Source of the DNA: Nitrospirota bacterium
Lineage (GTDB): Bacteria > Nitrospirota > UBA9217
Assembly: GCA_035516175.1 (NCBI GenBank)
Contig: DATJAO010000062.1
Span: 14,040 to 78,039 of the forward strand
Direction: 5' to 3'
DNA: 64,000 bases
Part shown: piece by piece, positions 20,922 through 30,459 of the stretch
How the letters are laid out: each line of letters starts with the position of its first letter
Numbering within the stretch: position 1 is the first letter of the stretch
Translations under genes and position numbers: made by a program
The notes under the pieces: generated by a model
What the model was told of the DNA's origin: nothing
Databases searched by the model: none
Seen by the model: the letters and a program-made list of their open reading frames with translations, nothing else

Positions 20922-21566
20922 GTGACTCCGCGAGAAATATTAAAGACAGGTGCACAAGAGCTTGGCATCGCTCTGACCGTCGAGCGGATCAACTCTTTAT
21001 TCATATATTTGGCGGAATTGAAAAAGTGGAACCGGCAGATAAACCTCACGGCCATAACAGAAGAGCGGGACATGGTTATCAAACATGTTCTAGACTCCCT
21101 GTCCTACCTGAAAGGATTTACGCCGGCACCAGGGCTGCTGCTCCTCGATATGGGATCAGGGGCAGGCTTTCCGGCACTGCCGCTCAAAATCGCGTTCCCC
21201 GAGATTGCCGTCACGCTCGTCGAGTCCGCAAAGAAGAAGGCTTCATTTCTCCGCCACGTCATGAGGACACTGAAGCTTACGGGTGCTGAAATCATTGACA
21301 AGAGGACGGAGGAGCTTCCCGTTTCCCTATCCGCTTTCTTTGACGTAGTTACTGCCCGTGCCTTTGCAGATATGGAAAAAGCTCTTTCGGTAGGCGTTCC
21401 CTTCCTGAAGGAGGGCGGGCTCATGGTCCTGAGCAGGGGTCCGGAAGAAGCGATTACAGAGCCGGAGATTGCCAAAGCCGGCGTCACTCTGAAAAAAAGG
21501 ATCGAGCAGACCCTGCCACATTCAGATTATAAAAGGGCAATCTGGGTATTCAAAAAGACATCGTAG
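20922..21566 (+). CDS. rsmG: 16S rRNA (guanine527-N7)-methyltransferase RsmG (GidB)
   Basis: 214 aa. Motifs LKKWNRQINLTAI, HVLDSL and LLDMGSGAGFPALPLKI. Confidence 0.92.
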   Translation: MTPREILKTGAQELGIALTVERINSLFIYLAELKKWNRQINLTAITEERDMVIKHVLDSLSYLKGFTPAPGLLLLDMGSGAGFPALPLKIAFPEIAVTLVESAKKKASFLRHVMRTLKLTGAEIIDKRTEELPVSLSAFFDVVTARAFADMEKALSVGVPFLKEGGLMVLSRGPEEAITEPEIAKAGVTLKKRIEQTLPHSDYKRAIWVFKKTS

Positions 21567-21567
21567 A

Positions 21568-21583
21568 TGTTCCACGTGGAACC
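21568..21583. other. parS-type centromere site TGTTCCACGTGGAACc (15 of 16 palindromic)
   Basis: Read directly, starting 1 nt after the rsmG stop. It fits the canonical TGTTNCACGTGNAACA parS pattern. Confidence 0.8.
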
Positions 21584-21757
21584 CTGTTACACTTTGAACT
21601 TTTTTTGTGCCGTCATTGGGAAAAGGCGCCCAGCCTATTCTGAAGAGTTTAGGAATCCTGCGGCAAATAGCCGTTACGGTGCGGAACATGCGTGTGCGTA
21701 ATGTGGAATAAAAAAAGGAAGATCATAAAAAATTATAGCCAATGCTGAGAATTATTC

Positions 21758-22825
21758 ATGCTAGAAGGAGCACTTAAAATACCTCCTGAATGGAGAGAGG
21801 CAGCCGAAGAGGTCGGCGCTCAAGGCGGGCCTGTGCTGGTAATGGGCGCACCGGGCTCGGGCAAAACCACATTCTGCCTGTACCTCGCCGGGCTGTACTG
21901 CCGGGCCGGCAAAAGATTGGCATGGCTAGATGCCGACCCCGGCCAGCCTTTTATCGGTCCGCCCGCAGTCATATCACTCACTCCGTATGCCGAAGCTGCG
22001 GACCTGCTGAAGAGAAAGAATGCATTCGCAATGAGCTTCATCGGCAATACCTCACCCGTCGGCCGCCTGCTCGAGATGATGTCGGGCCTCCAGAAACTTT
22101 ACACGCTGGCTCAGTCGCTGCAGCCTGACCTTATCCTGATCAATACGTGCGGCCTAGTGAACGGGGGGGCAGCGAGAGAGCTCAAGTTTCACGAAATAGA
22201 CATGATCGCGCCCCGGTATGTGATTGCCCTGCAAAAAGAGAACGAGGTCGACCACCTTCTCTCGCCGCACTCGCATCGGGCTGGACTACTTATCCAGAGG
22301 CTTCCTGTGTCGCCCGATGCAAAGGTCTCGACCCGCGAGGCGCGTCAGGCCGTGCGGGAACAACGCTTTAAAGAATACTTTCGGGGAGCTGACTTTCATG
22401 ACATCAACCTGAACGATGTCGGCGTCCATGGTCCGGGCCTGGGAACTGGCGAGCGGTTGGGGTTCCGTGACATCAACCGGCTTTCAAAGATTGTCAAGGG
22501 CATCGTGGTCCATGCGGAGCTCTCCGCTGACAGGCTGTTTCTCGTGGTTGAAGGTGAGTATGCTGGCGATGAGCTTTTCACGGCCAAGGAGCAATACAAG
22601 GTTCGTGAGGTCGAAGTTCTCAGGCGGTCGGAAATAGACCATCTGCTCGTGGGGCTGAACGATGACCGGAACATCTGCCTGGGCATCGGCATCCTGCGCG
22701 CCATTGACCTGAGGGAGCTGGCCATCAGGGTGATCACACCAGTCCGAGACACGGCGCAGGTCCGGAATGTATCGCTGGGTTCCATCCGCGTGAGCCCTGC
22801 CGGTGGCGAGCTTGGACAGATATGA
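21758..22825 (+). CDS. Clp1/Grc3/Nol9-like P-loop polynucleotide kinase family protein
   Basis: 355 aa. Walker A VMGAPGSGKTTF, then WLDADPGQPFIGPP and ILINTCGLVNGGA, in the order and spacing I recall for the Clp1 P-loop domain (GxxxSGKS/T ... DxDxGQ ... NTxGW). Confidence 0.68.
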   Translation: MLEGALKIPPEWREAAEEVGAQGGPVLVMGAPGSGKTTFCLYLAGLYCRAGKRLAWLDADPGQPFIGPPAVISLTPYAEAADLLKRKNAFAMSFIGNTSPVGRLLEMMSGLQKLYTLAQSLQPDLILINTCGLVNGGAARELKFHEIDMIAPRYVIALQKENEVDHLLSPHSHRAGLLIQRLPVSPDAKVSTREARQAVREQRFKEYFRGADFHDINLNDVGVHGPGLGTGERLGFRDINRLSKIVKGIVVHAELSADRLFLVVEGEYAGDELFTAKEQYKVREVEVLRRSEIDHLLVGLNDDRNICLGIGILRAIDLRELAIRVITPVRDTAQVRNVSLGSIRVSPAGGELGQI

Positions 22826-22933
22826 TTAAAAGTCCCATCCCATAACGGCAACGCGTCACCGTACTCTTATACTCTTCAAATAGGCTGGACGCCTTTTCTT
22901 AGGTAGTACAAAAAAGTTTAAAGTGTTTTACCG

Positions 22934-22949
22934 TGTTCCACGTGGAACA
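22934..22949. other. parS-type centromere site TGTTCCACGTGGAACA (perfect 16-bp palindrome)
   Basis: Read directly. It lies in the AT-rich spacer upstream of parA. Confidence 0.85.
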
Positions 22950-23206
22950 TTGTTGCGGAAATGCGAAGGAGAAAAAAAATACGCTATGTATGCTGGTTCA
23001 AGCATATTTTTATATTCATCTTTACTGATTTAACCATTCCCAACTTGCCATTTCTGACCTTTTTCCTGATGTTTATCTGTGTTCATCCGCAGTTCACAAA
23101 GAGGTCGTCGACTCCAGCCTTTCTCAATTTTTTCTTCCTTTTATCATCATCCTATGGTAAAGTAATGACGTTCTGAACCGACAGTATGCGGAGGATATAG
23201 GGAAGC

Positions 23207-23983
23207 ATGGGCAGAGTCATAGCAATTGCCAATCAGAAGGGGGGCGTGGGCAAGACAACGACCACCGTGAACATAGCAGCATCGCTTGCCGCAGCTGAAA
23301 AAAAGGTGCTCCTCATCGACTCAGACCCCCAGGGCAACTCCACAAGCGGCATGGGGATCGACCGGAACGGGATAACCAGCAGCACTTACGATCTCTTCAC
23401 CGGCAGGCGGACGCTCGAGGAGATAAAAAAATCAACACATTTTCCCTGGCTCGAGGTCATTCCATCGAAGATAGATCTGGTGGGTGTTGAAGTGGAGCTC
23501 ATCCAGATGCTTGCTCGGGAGCGGGTGCTCAAGAAGGCGCTCGCACCAATCCGTGACGATTATGATTACATCTTCATCGACTGCCCGCCGTCTCTGGGCC
23601 TCCTTACCGTGAACGCCCTAACAGCTGCCGACGGCGTGATAATCCCGGTGCAGTGCGAATACTATGCGCTCGAGGGTCTTACGGCACTTATGAACACCAT
23701 CAAGCTCATTAAGCAGGACCTAAACCCAGACCTCTCCATTGAAGGAGTGCTCCTCACCATGTATGATAGCAGGAACAACCTCGCTGAACAAGTGGCCCAG
23801 GAAGTGCGCAAGTATTTTGGCGACAAGGTGTACACGACGATCATTCACCGGAACGTGGCTTTGAGCGAAGCGCCAAGTCATGGCAAGCCAGTGCTGCTGT
23901 ACGACATCCGGTCTCGTGGCGCGCAGAGTTACCTGGAACTGGCCAAGGAGGTTATCAGTCATGCAAAAACAAGCACTCGGTAA
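23207..23983 (+). CDS. parA: Chromosome partitioning ATPase ParA (Soj)
   Basis: 258 aa. Deviant Walker [19 protein letters not shown], plus DCPPSLG. Confidence 0.95.
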   Translation: MGRVIAIANQKGGVGKTTTTVNIAASLAAAEKKVLLIDSDPQGNSTSGMGIDRNGITSSTYDLFTGRRTLEEIKKSTHFPWLEVIPSKIDLVGVEVELIQMLARERVLKKALAPIRDDYDYIFIDCPPSLGLLTVNALTAADGVIIPVQCEYYALEGLTALMNTIKLIKQDLNPDLSIEGVLLTMYDSRNNLAEQVAQEVRKYFGDKVYTTIIHRNVALSEAPSHGKPVLLYDIRSRGAQSYLELAKEVISHAKTSTR

Positions 23984-24806
23984 GGGACTTGGCGCGCTCA
24001 TTCCGGACCTGTCAGCGCTCGACGATAAGGAGAAGAAAGCTCTCGGTATCAACGAGATCGAGCTGGACAAGATCGTTCCGAACGAGTACCAGCCCCGCAA
24101 AGTCTTCAATGATGAAAAGATGAAAGAGCTCGCGGCATCGATAAAAGAGCAGGGTGTTATCCAGCCCGTGATCGTACACCGGGCTGGCGGCGGCTATCAG
24201 TTGATCGCTGGTGAGCGCCGATGGCGTGCCTCTCGGCTTGCGGGACTCAAGACCATTCCAGCTCTCGTCAAGGAAGCCACCAAGCGGGAGCTCCTCGAGA
24301 TGGCCCTGATCGAGAACATCCAGCGCGAGGACCTGAACCCGCTAGAAGCAGCCGAGGCATACAAGCGACTCCAGGACGAATTCAAGCTCACGCAGGAAGA
24401 CCTCGCGAAGAGGGTCGGCAAAGAGCGCTCCACAGTCACGAATTTCCTGCGTCTTCTTGGGCTGCCCAAAGAGATAAAACAGGAGCTGGCAACGGGCTCC
24501 CTCAGCATGGGACACGCCAAGGCACTCCTGTCCCTTGAGCGCGTGCGAGACCAGATGCAGGCCGCGGTGATGATCGTGAAGAAGGGTCTCTCGGTGCGCG
24601 AGGCCGAGGCGCTCGCCGCCCGGTTTAAGAATCCGCCAAAGGAGAAAAAGGCAAGGCTGAGCCACGAGCTCAAATCGGTTGAAGAAAAGCTCAAGAAAGC
24701 GCTCGGCACCAAAGTGAGCATAATCGCGAAGTCCAAGGGTGGCAGGATCGTCATTGAGTATTATTCTGCGGAAGAGCTGGATAGGATCATTGATAAGATT
24801 TGTTAA
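23961..24806 (+). CDS. parB: Chromosome partitioning protein ParB (Spo0J)
   Basis: Start moved to the ATG at 23961 ([15 protein letters not shown]), with AAGGAGG at 23945-23951. Motifs [27 protein letters not shown] and [10 protein letters not shown]. Confidence 0.95.
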   Translation: MQKQALGKGLGALIPDLSALDDKEKKALGINEIELDKIVPNEYQPRKVFNDEKMKELAASIKEQGVIQPVIVHRAGGGYQLIAGERRWRASRLAGLKTIPALVKEATKRELLEMALIENIQREDLNPLEAAEAYKRLQDEFKLTQEDLAKRVGKERSTVTNFLRLLGLPKEIKQELATGSLSMGHAKALLSLERVRDQMQAAVMIVKKGLSVREAEALAARFKNPPKEKKARLSHELKSVEEKLKKALGTKVSIIAKSKGGRIVIEYYSAEELDRIIDKIC

Positions 24807-25002
24807 CTACGAATTATACAACTAACAGTAAAAACATAAGGTGAGATGGAGAAGCGGGGGAAAGGGAAAAACGGCCATTGTGTTCTGGTTCGATTCCTCA
24901 TCCTTCCATATTCTATCTTTCTTTTTCTAATTGTTTGGGTGAATTAATCCATGGCTATTTTACGGATATAAATTTTGAAATCACGTGGAGGAGGATGTAT
25001 TC

Positions 25003-25398
25003 ATGTTGAAAAAAGGTTCAGGATCACCAGAGCAGGCGGAGATCACGGCATTTTTGGGAAAGGGCACGGGGTTCAAGGGTGTACTCAGTTTCGAGGGCAC
25101 CATCCGTGTCGACGGGAAGGTGGAGGGAGAGGTGATTTCCAAAGATACCCTCATCGCCGGTGACGGCGCGTTCCTCCAGGGGGAGATCACTGTGGGTACA
25201 ATCATCTGTAGCGGGAAGATCGTCGGGAACGTCAACGCGAGCCAGAAGGTGCATATCATCGCACCTGGAATCGTCCAGGGTAATATCAAGACGCCCAAGC
25301 TCATCATAGAAGAGGGTGTCACGTTTGACGGCAAGAGCGAGATGGCAGGCGAGAAGAAGACCGCTGAACAGAAGGTTGTGTCGCTGACGGAGCGATAG
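25003..25398 (+). CDS. Bactofilin (DUF583) cytoskeletal protein
   Basis: Start moved to the ATG at 25003, with GGAGGAGG 8 nt upstream. Repetitive beta-helix pattern FKGVLSFEGTIRVDGKVEGEVIS...LQGEITVGTIICSGKIVGNVNAS.KVHI...VQGNIKTPKLIIEEGVTFDG. Confidence 0.88.
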   Translation: MLKKGSGSPEQAEITAFLGKGTGFKGVLSFEGTIRVDGKVEGEVISKDTLIAGDGAFLQGEITVGTIICSGKIVGNVNASQKVHIIAPGIVQGNIKTPKLIIEEGVTFDGKSEMAGEKKTAEQKVVSLTER

Positions 25399-25559
25399 AT
25401 ACTTTTCGCCCAGCCACGCATTACCGCGGATATACAAACAGGAGGAGAAAGAGAGGCGGGAGAAGGGCCATTGCAATACAATTTTCCCTTCCTATTTCAC
25501 CAAACTCTCTAGTTCTCCTTAATTAATTTTTTCCGCAACAGCATCTTAACGAGACAATT

Positions 25560-28500
25560 ATGGTCCTCTTTCATCTCTACCGCACACCCGCGCTCTCAGC
25601 CTACCAGGCCGCGGGCCTGCTCGCGGCCGCACAGAAAAAGGTCTCTCCCGCAATCCGCGGGATCGAGACCGAATTCTGCTTCAATGTCGCCACCGACAGC
25701 CCGCTCACGCAGGACGAAATGAGCCTGCTTCGGTGGCTCCTGGCCGAGACCTTCGAGCCGGGAAATTTCTCCGACAAGAGCTTCGTAGCTCGTCCCGCGC
25801 TCCGCATTTCTCGTGCATTGATTTTTGAAGTAGGCCCCCGCATGAACTTCATGACAGCTTGGTCAACGAATGCGGTCTCGGTCTGCCATGCTTGCGGCCT
25901 CGGAAAGATTACAAGAATTGAACGTTCCCGCCGATACCGTCTGGAGCTCGCCAATCAAGGGGCCATGAGCCAAGCGCAACGAGCTTCTTTCCTCTGGCTC
26001 GTCCACGACCGCATGACCGAATGCCCATATCCGAAACCGCTCGCGACCTTCGAGACCGGCATCAAACCCGAGCCGGTTCGCATCGTCCCGGTCATGGAGC
26101 AGGGAAGGACCGCCCTCGAAAAAATCAACCGTGAAATGGGCCTGGGACTCGATGACTGGGATCTTGATTATTACACAAACCTTTTCAAGAACGAGATCAA
26201 ACGCAACCCCACGAATGTAGAGTGCTTCGACCTGTCACAGTCGAACAGCGAACACTCCCGCCACTGGTTCTTCCGCGGGAGGCTCATCGTCGATGGCAAG
26301 GAAGTCCCAGAGACCTTGATGAAGATCGTGAAGTCAACCTACGAAGCGAACAGAAACAACAGCGTCATTGCCTTCAGGGATAATTCGAGTGCTATCAAGG
26401 GTTACGAGATAACAACTCTTATTCCGAAGGACCCCGCCTTCCCGTCTGCATTCAAGGAATCACGGCGAATTCACAATATCATCTTCACGGCCGAGACACA
26501 TAACTTCCCCTCTGGCGTTGCTCCTTTCCCGGGCGCCGAGACCGGTACCGGCGGACGCATCCGCGATGTGCAAGCAACGGGCACTGGAGGCCTTGTCGTC
26601 GCGGGCACGGCAGCCTACTGCGTGGGCAACCTCCGCATCCCTGGCTACCCGCTCTCGTGGGAAGATGCTTCGTATACATATCCGAACAACCTCGCATCTC
26701 CTCTTCAGATCGAGATCGAGGCGAGTAACGGCGCTTCGGACTACGGTAACAAGTTTGGCGAACCCGTGATTCAGGGCTTTACACGCTCTTTCGGTCTCCT
26801 GCTGCCCGACGGTGAGCGGCGGGAATGGATCAAACCGATCATGTTCAGCGGGGGTGTGGGCCAGATGGACATTCGCCATACCGAGAAGACAGTCGCACGG
26901 AAGGGAATGCTCGTGGTCAAGATCGGGGGCCCCGCATACCGCATTGGCATGGGTGGTGGTGCAGCCTCATCCATGATCCAGGGCGAGAACATCGCCGAGC
27001 TTGACTTTAACGCAGTGCAGCGCGGCGACGCCGAGATGGAGCAGAAACTGAACCGCGTCATACGCGCCTGTGTGGAGCTCGGGAAGAAGAACCCGATCCA
27101 GAGCATTCACGATCAGGGGGCGGGCGGCAACTGTAACGTGGTGAAGGAGATCGTGTACCCGGCGGGTGCGAGGATCGATATCAGGAAGATCCAGATCGGC
27201 GACAACACGCTCTCGGTGCTCGAGATCTGGGGCGCTGAGTACCAAGAACAGAATGCGCTCCTGATTAAACCGGAACACGAATCGCTGTTTCGCTCGTTCT
27301 GTGTGCGCGAGAAGGTGCCTGTTACCGTGATCGGCACGGTCACGGGCAACGGTTACATCCTGCTCTACGACGAGATCGACAATTCCACGCCCGAAAACCT
27401 TGAGCTGGCAAAAATCCTCGGCGACATGCCGCAGAAGATTTTCAAGCTCGATCGAAAGCAAACCGCGCTCATGCCCCTCGCACTTCCCAAGGACCTTACC
27501 ATACGCAAAACCCTTGACAAAGTGATGCGACTTCTCTCGGTCGGCTCCAAACGCTTCTTGACGAACAAAGTTGACCGTTCCGTCACCGGCCTCATCGCAC
27601 GCCAGCAGTGCGCTGGCCCGCTTCAACTTACGGTCGCTGATGTCGCCGTAATCGCCCAATCACATTTAGGGGTCACGGGTGCTGCTATCGCCATCGGCGA
27701 GCAGCCGGTAAAGGAGCTGATCGATCCAGCGGCCATGGCGCGTATGAGCGTGTGTGAGGCGCTCACAAACATCGTATGGGCAGAGGTCAGCTCGCTCGAG
27801 GACATTCGATGTTCGGCTAACTGGATGTGGGCACCGAAGCTCTCGGGTGAGGGAAGCCGGCTCTATGATGCTGCTGTTGCCATGCGGGACATCATGATCA
27901 AGCTCGGCATTGCGATCGACGGCGGAAAGGACAGCCTTTCCATGGCAGCCAGGGTCACAAAACCCGACGGCACGATTGAGACCGTGAAGTCGCCTGGTAC
28001 ACTTGTCATCTCGGCCTATGTCAGCTGTCCTGATATCACCAAAACCGTTACGCCTGACCTTAAGGCACCGGGAAGAGGAAAGCTGCTGTTCATTGATCTC
28101 GCGCGCGGAAAGAACCGTGTTGGTGGCTCTGCCCTTGCCCAGGTCTTCAATCAGGTGGGGAGCGAGTCACCGGACATTGACGATCCTAAACTTCTCAAGC
28201 AAGCGTTCAATGCCGTCCAGAAACTGATCAAGAAAGGGCTGATACTCTCAGGTCATGACCGCTCCGACGGTGGGCTCATCACAACGCTCCTTGAAATGGC
28301 ATTCGCCGGGAATTGCGGAATAGAGGTCAACCTCCCGTCTGAAATCACGCATGGTAAGGACCCGATCTCGGTTCTGTTCTCCGAGGAGGCCGGTCTCGTC
28401 ATCGAATATCTTCCGGAGAACGAGTCCGTGATATGCCAGCTCCTGAACAAGGCAGCAGTGCCGAATTGGGTCATAGGAAATTCAATCGTTGAAAAACGAA

Positions 28501-29510
28501 TCAAGACATCAATCAGCTGGAAGAATGTCCTCGATGAAGACATGCGCGTGCTCCGGGACGTCTGGGAGGAGACGAGTCATCAGCTTGACTTGCTGCAGAG
28601 AAACCCCGGGAACATACTCGAGGAGCGAAAGAATATCTATGACCGAAAGGGACCGTCCTTCGTCATTCCCTTCAACCCGAAACCAACGAATCCTGCGATC
28701 CTCCAGCGTACTGACAAACTCAGGGTCGCGGTCATCCGCGAAGAGGGGAGCAACGGCGACCGCGAGATGGTCTCGGCCTTCTACCTTGCCGGTTTCGAGC
28801 CCTGGGACGTGACCATGACGGACCTGCTCGAGGGTCGCGTCACGCTTGACCAGTTCCGCGGTGTGGTCTTTGTTGGGGGATTCAGCTACGCCGATGTGCT
28901 CGATTCGGCAAAAGGCTGGGCTGCATCCATCCGGTTCAACAAAAAGGTCTGGGACCAGTTCGAACAATTCTACTTCCGGCATGATACCTTTAGTCTCGGC
29001 GTTTGCAATGGCTGTCAGCTGATGGCACTCTTGGGCTGGGTGCCGTGGCGCGGTATCTCGGATGAGCTTCAGCCGCGCTTTATTCACAACCTTTCCGGCC
29101 GTTTCGAGTCCCGCTTTTCGACGGTGAAGATTTTAAAGAGCCCCTCCATTATGCTCAGGGATATGGACAGCTCCGTACTTGGTATCTGGGTGGCTCACGG
29201 CGAGGGTCAGGCGTATTTTCCGGACAAGAAGATTTTTGACGAGGCCGAATACGGTCTCGCACCGATCAGATACGTGGACGACGACGACACAATCACCGAA
29301 GCCTATCCCTTCAATCCCAACGGCTCGCCAGCCGGCATCGCGGGCCTCTGTTCGCCCGATGGCCGCCACCTTGCCATGATGCCGCACCCTGAGCGTACTG
29401 TGCTCACCTGGCAGTGGGGATGGCTACCCGAAGATCTCAAGAAATCGCTCCCCGCCTCTCCCTGGCTAAGAATGTTCCAGAATGCCCGGGTGTGGTGTGA
29501 ACAGTCCTAA
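25560..29510 (+). CDS. purL: Phosphoribosylformylglycinamidine synthase, single-chain large type
   Basis: 1316 aa. Contains FGAM synthase domains and a C-terminal glutaminase with GVCNGCQLM and MPHPER. Confidence 0.97.
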   Translation: MVLFHLYRTPALSAYQAAGLLAAAQKKVSPAIRGIETEFCFNVATDSPLTQDEMSLLRWLLAETFEPGNFSDKSFVARPALRISRALIFEVGPRMNFMTAWSTNAVSVCHACGLGKITRIERSRRYRLELANQGAMSQAQRASFLWLVHDRMTECPYPKPLATFETGIKPEPVRIVPVMEQGRTALEKINREMGLGLDDWDLDYYTNLFKNEIKRNPTNVECFDLSQSNSEHSRHWFFRGRLIVDGKEVPETLMKIVKSTYEANRNNSVIAFRDNSSAIKGYEITTLIPKDPAFPSAFKESRRIHNIIFTAETHNFPSGVAPFPGAETGTGGRIRDVQATGTGGLVVAGTAAYCVGNLRIPGYPLSWEDASYTYPNNLASPLQIEIEASNGASDYGNKFGEPVIQGFTRSFGLLLPDGERREWIKPIMFSGGVGQMDIRHTEKTVARKGMLVVKIGGPAYRIGMGGGAASSMIQGENIAELDFNAVQRGDAEMEQKLNRVIRACVELGKKNPIQSIHDQGAGGNCNVVKEIVYPAGARIDIRKIQIGDNTLSVLEIWGAEYQEQNALLIKPEHESLFRSFCVREKVPVTVIGTVTGNGYILLYDEIDNSTPENLELAKILGDMPQKIFKLDRKQTALMPLALPKDLTIRKTLDKVMRLLSVGSKRFLTNKVDRSVTGLIARQQCAGPLQLTVADVAVIAQSHLGVTGAAIAIGEQPVKELIDPAAMARMSVCEALTNIVWAEVSSLEDIRCSANWMWAPKLSGEGSRLYDAAVAMRDIMIKLGIAIDGGKDSLSMAARVTKPDGTIETVKSPGTLVISAYVSCPDITKTVTPDLKAPGRGKLLFIDLARGKNRVGGSALAQVFNQVGSESPDIDDPKLLKQAFNAVQKLIKKGLILSGHDRSDGGLITTLLEMAFAGNCGIEVNLPSEITHGKDPISVLFSEEAGLVIEYLPENESVICQLLNKAAVPNWVIGNSIVEKRIKTSISWKNVLDEDMRVLRDVWEETSHQLDLLQRNPGNILEERKNIYDRKGPSFVIPFNPKPTNPAILQRTDKLRVAVIREEGSNGDREMVSAFYLAGFEPWDVTMTDLLEGRVTLDQFRGVVFVGGFSYADVLDSAKGWAASIRFNKKVWDQFEQFYFRHDTFSLGVCNGCQLMALLGWVPWRGISDELQPRFIHNLSGRFESRFSTVKILKSPSIMLRDMDSSVLGIWVAHGEGQAYFPDKKIFDEAEYGLAPIRYVDDDDTITEAYPFNPNGSPAGIAGLCSPDGRHLAMMPHPERTVLTWQWGWLPEDLKKSLPASPWLRMFQNARVWCEQS

Positions 29511-29766
29511 ATAAACTTACCAGGGCGTGGCATTGTCCTTGCTTTCAATATAATTGCCCCATTGTGGCAATATCGTTGTGTTTACATAAATGTAATCCTC
29601 CCTTTATAATTTTGTTCTATACAATGGGACCGCTTCATTCTTCTTTCCTGTACTCATAGCTCATTCCTGTAGCAAGTCCTCGTCGAGTTGTATTGCTTTT
29701 TTTTAAATTTTCAATCCACTCGCCCGGTGAAACGAAATTTAATATTTGTTTGAGGAGGGAACGACC

Positions 29767-30148
29767 ATGGCAAAGGCGAAAAAAGTAAAACAGTCTAGTT
29801 TTATGATACCGGATAGGGCTGGGCTGTTTTCATAAGCTACTATCGCTCTCGCAGGTGAAAAAAGTGAAGATCAGCACTATGTGTGCCTGCGGCATGCGGG
29901 GTGAAGCAAACTTCATGCTGACTGCGGACAGCAATGCGAAGGCAAAAAACGCGCTTTTGCCTCTAGTTGCTGAGATCAGGGCGCATGATGTGCTTGTAGT
30001 GGATATGCCGAATAAGCCTATCGAGTTGCAGGAAGTAGCGAAAAAGATTGCCGTGCAGGAATCAAAATTACTTATATGCATTAAACGACAATCTGATGCA
30101 GATGGGCGACCTGTATCTTTACAACCTCGGATAATGCAAAAGAAGTGA
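29767..30148 (+). pseudogene. ACT-domain protein interrupted by a one-base frameshift in a T run (or a sequencing error)
   Basis: Strong RBS GAGGAGG at 29752-29758, then an ATG at 29767. That ORF stops after 22 codons (MAKAKKVKQSSFMIPDRAGLFS*). Removing one T from tttt at 29827-29830 joins it to the frame of track ORF 29855..30148. The joined product reads ...IPDRAGLFHKLLSLSQVKKVKISTM...AKAKNAL...HDVLVVDMPNKP..., which resembles tandem ACT half-domains. Confidence 0.45.
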
Positions 30149-30459
30149 AGTAAATTAAATGAAATAATCCCTCAGGCAAGAGGAGATGGGGGCTCTTTAG
30201 GTTACGAGTAAGCTTGTCGCAACTATGACTCCGGACTTTCATCTGGAGGTATAATGGCCCAATAACATACGAACAAAGCATTGCCCTCCAAAACCAAAAA
30301 CAACCTTTTTTAGCCAGCCTTAATTTTTGAGCTATATTTATTAAAGAGGACAGAATACATCTATTACGTCTGCAATCTGATATTGTGATACTAAAGATAA
30401 TGCAATATTATCCGGTCGGGTAGCATGAACATTGCTATCATCAAGGAAGGTTTTTTGAT

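Noticed and set aside
22826-23206. AT-rich 380-nt spacer upstream of parA as a possible oriC
   Set aside because: I found no cluster of TTATCCACA-type DnaA boxes, only weak partial matches such as TTATCTGTG. dnaA and dnaN are not adjacent. The parS site explains part of the conservation.
24838-24910. tRNA-like T-loop motif GGTTCGATTCC followed by ...CCTTCCA downstream of parB
   Set aside because: I could not build a cloverleaf. The T stem has two mismatches, no D arm complement exists, and the acceptor pairing needs an indel. It could at most be a decayed tRNA 3' fragment, and no integrase or direct repeat lies nearby.
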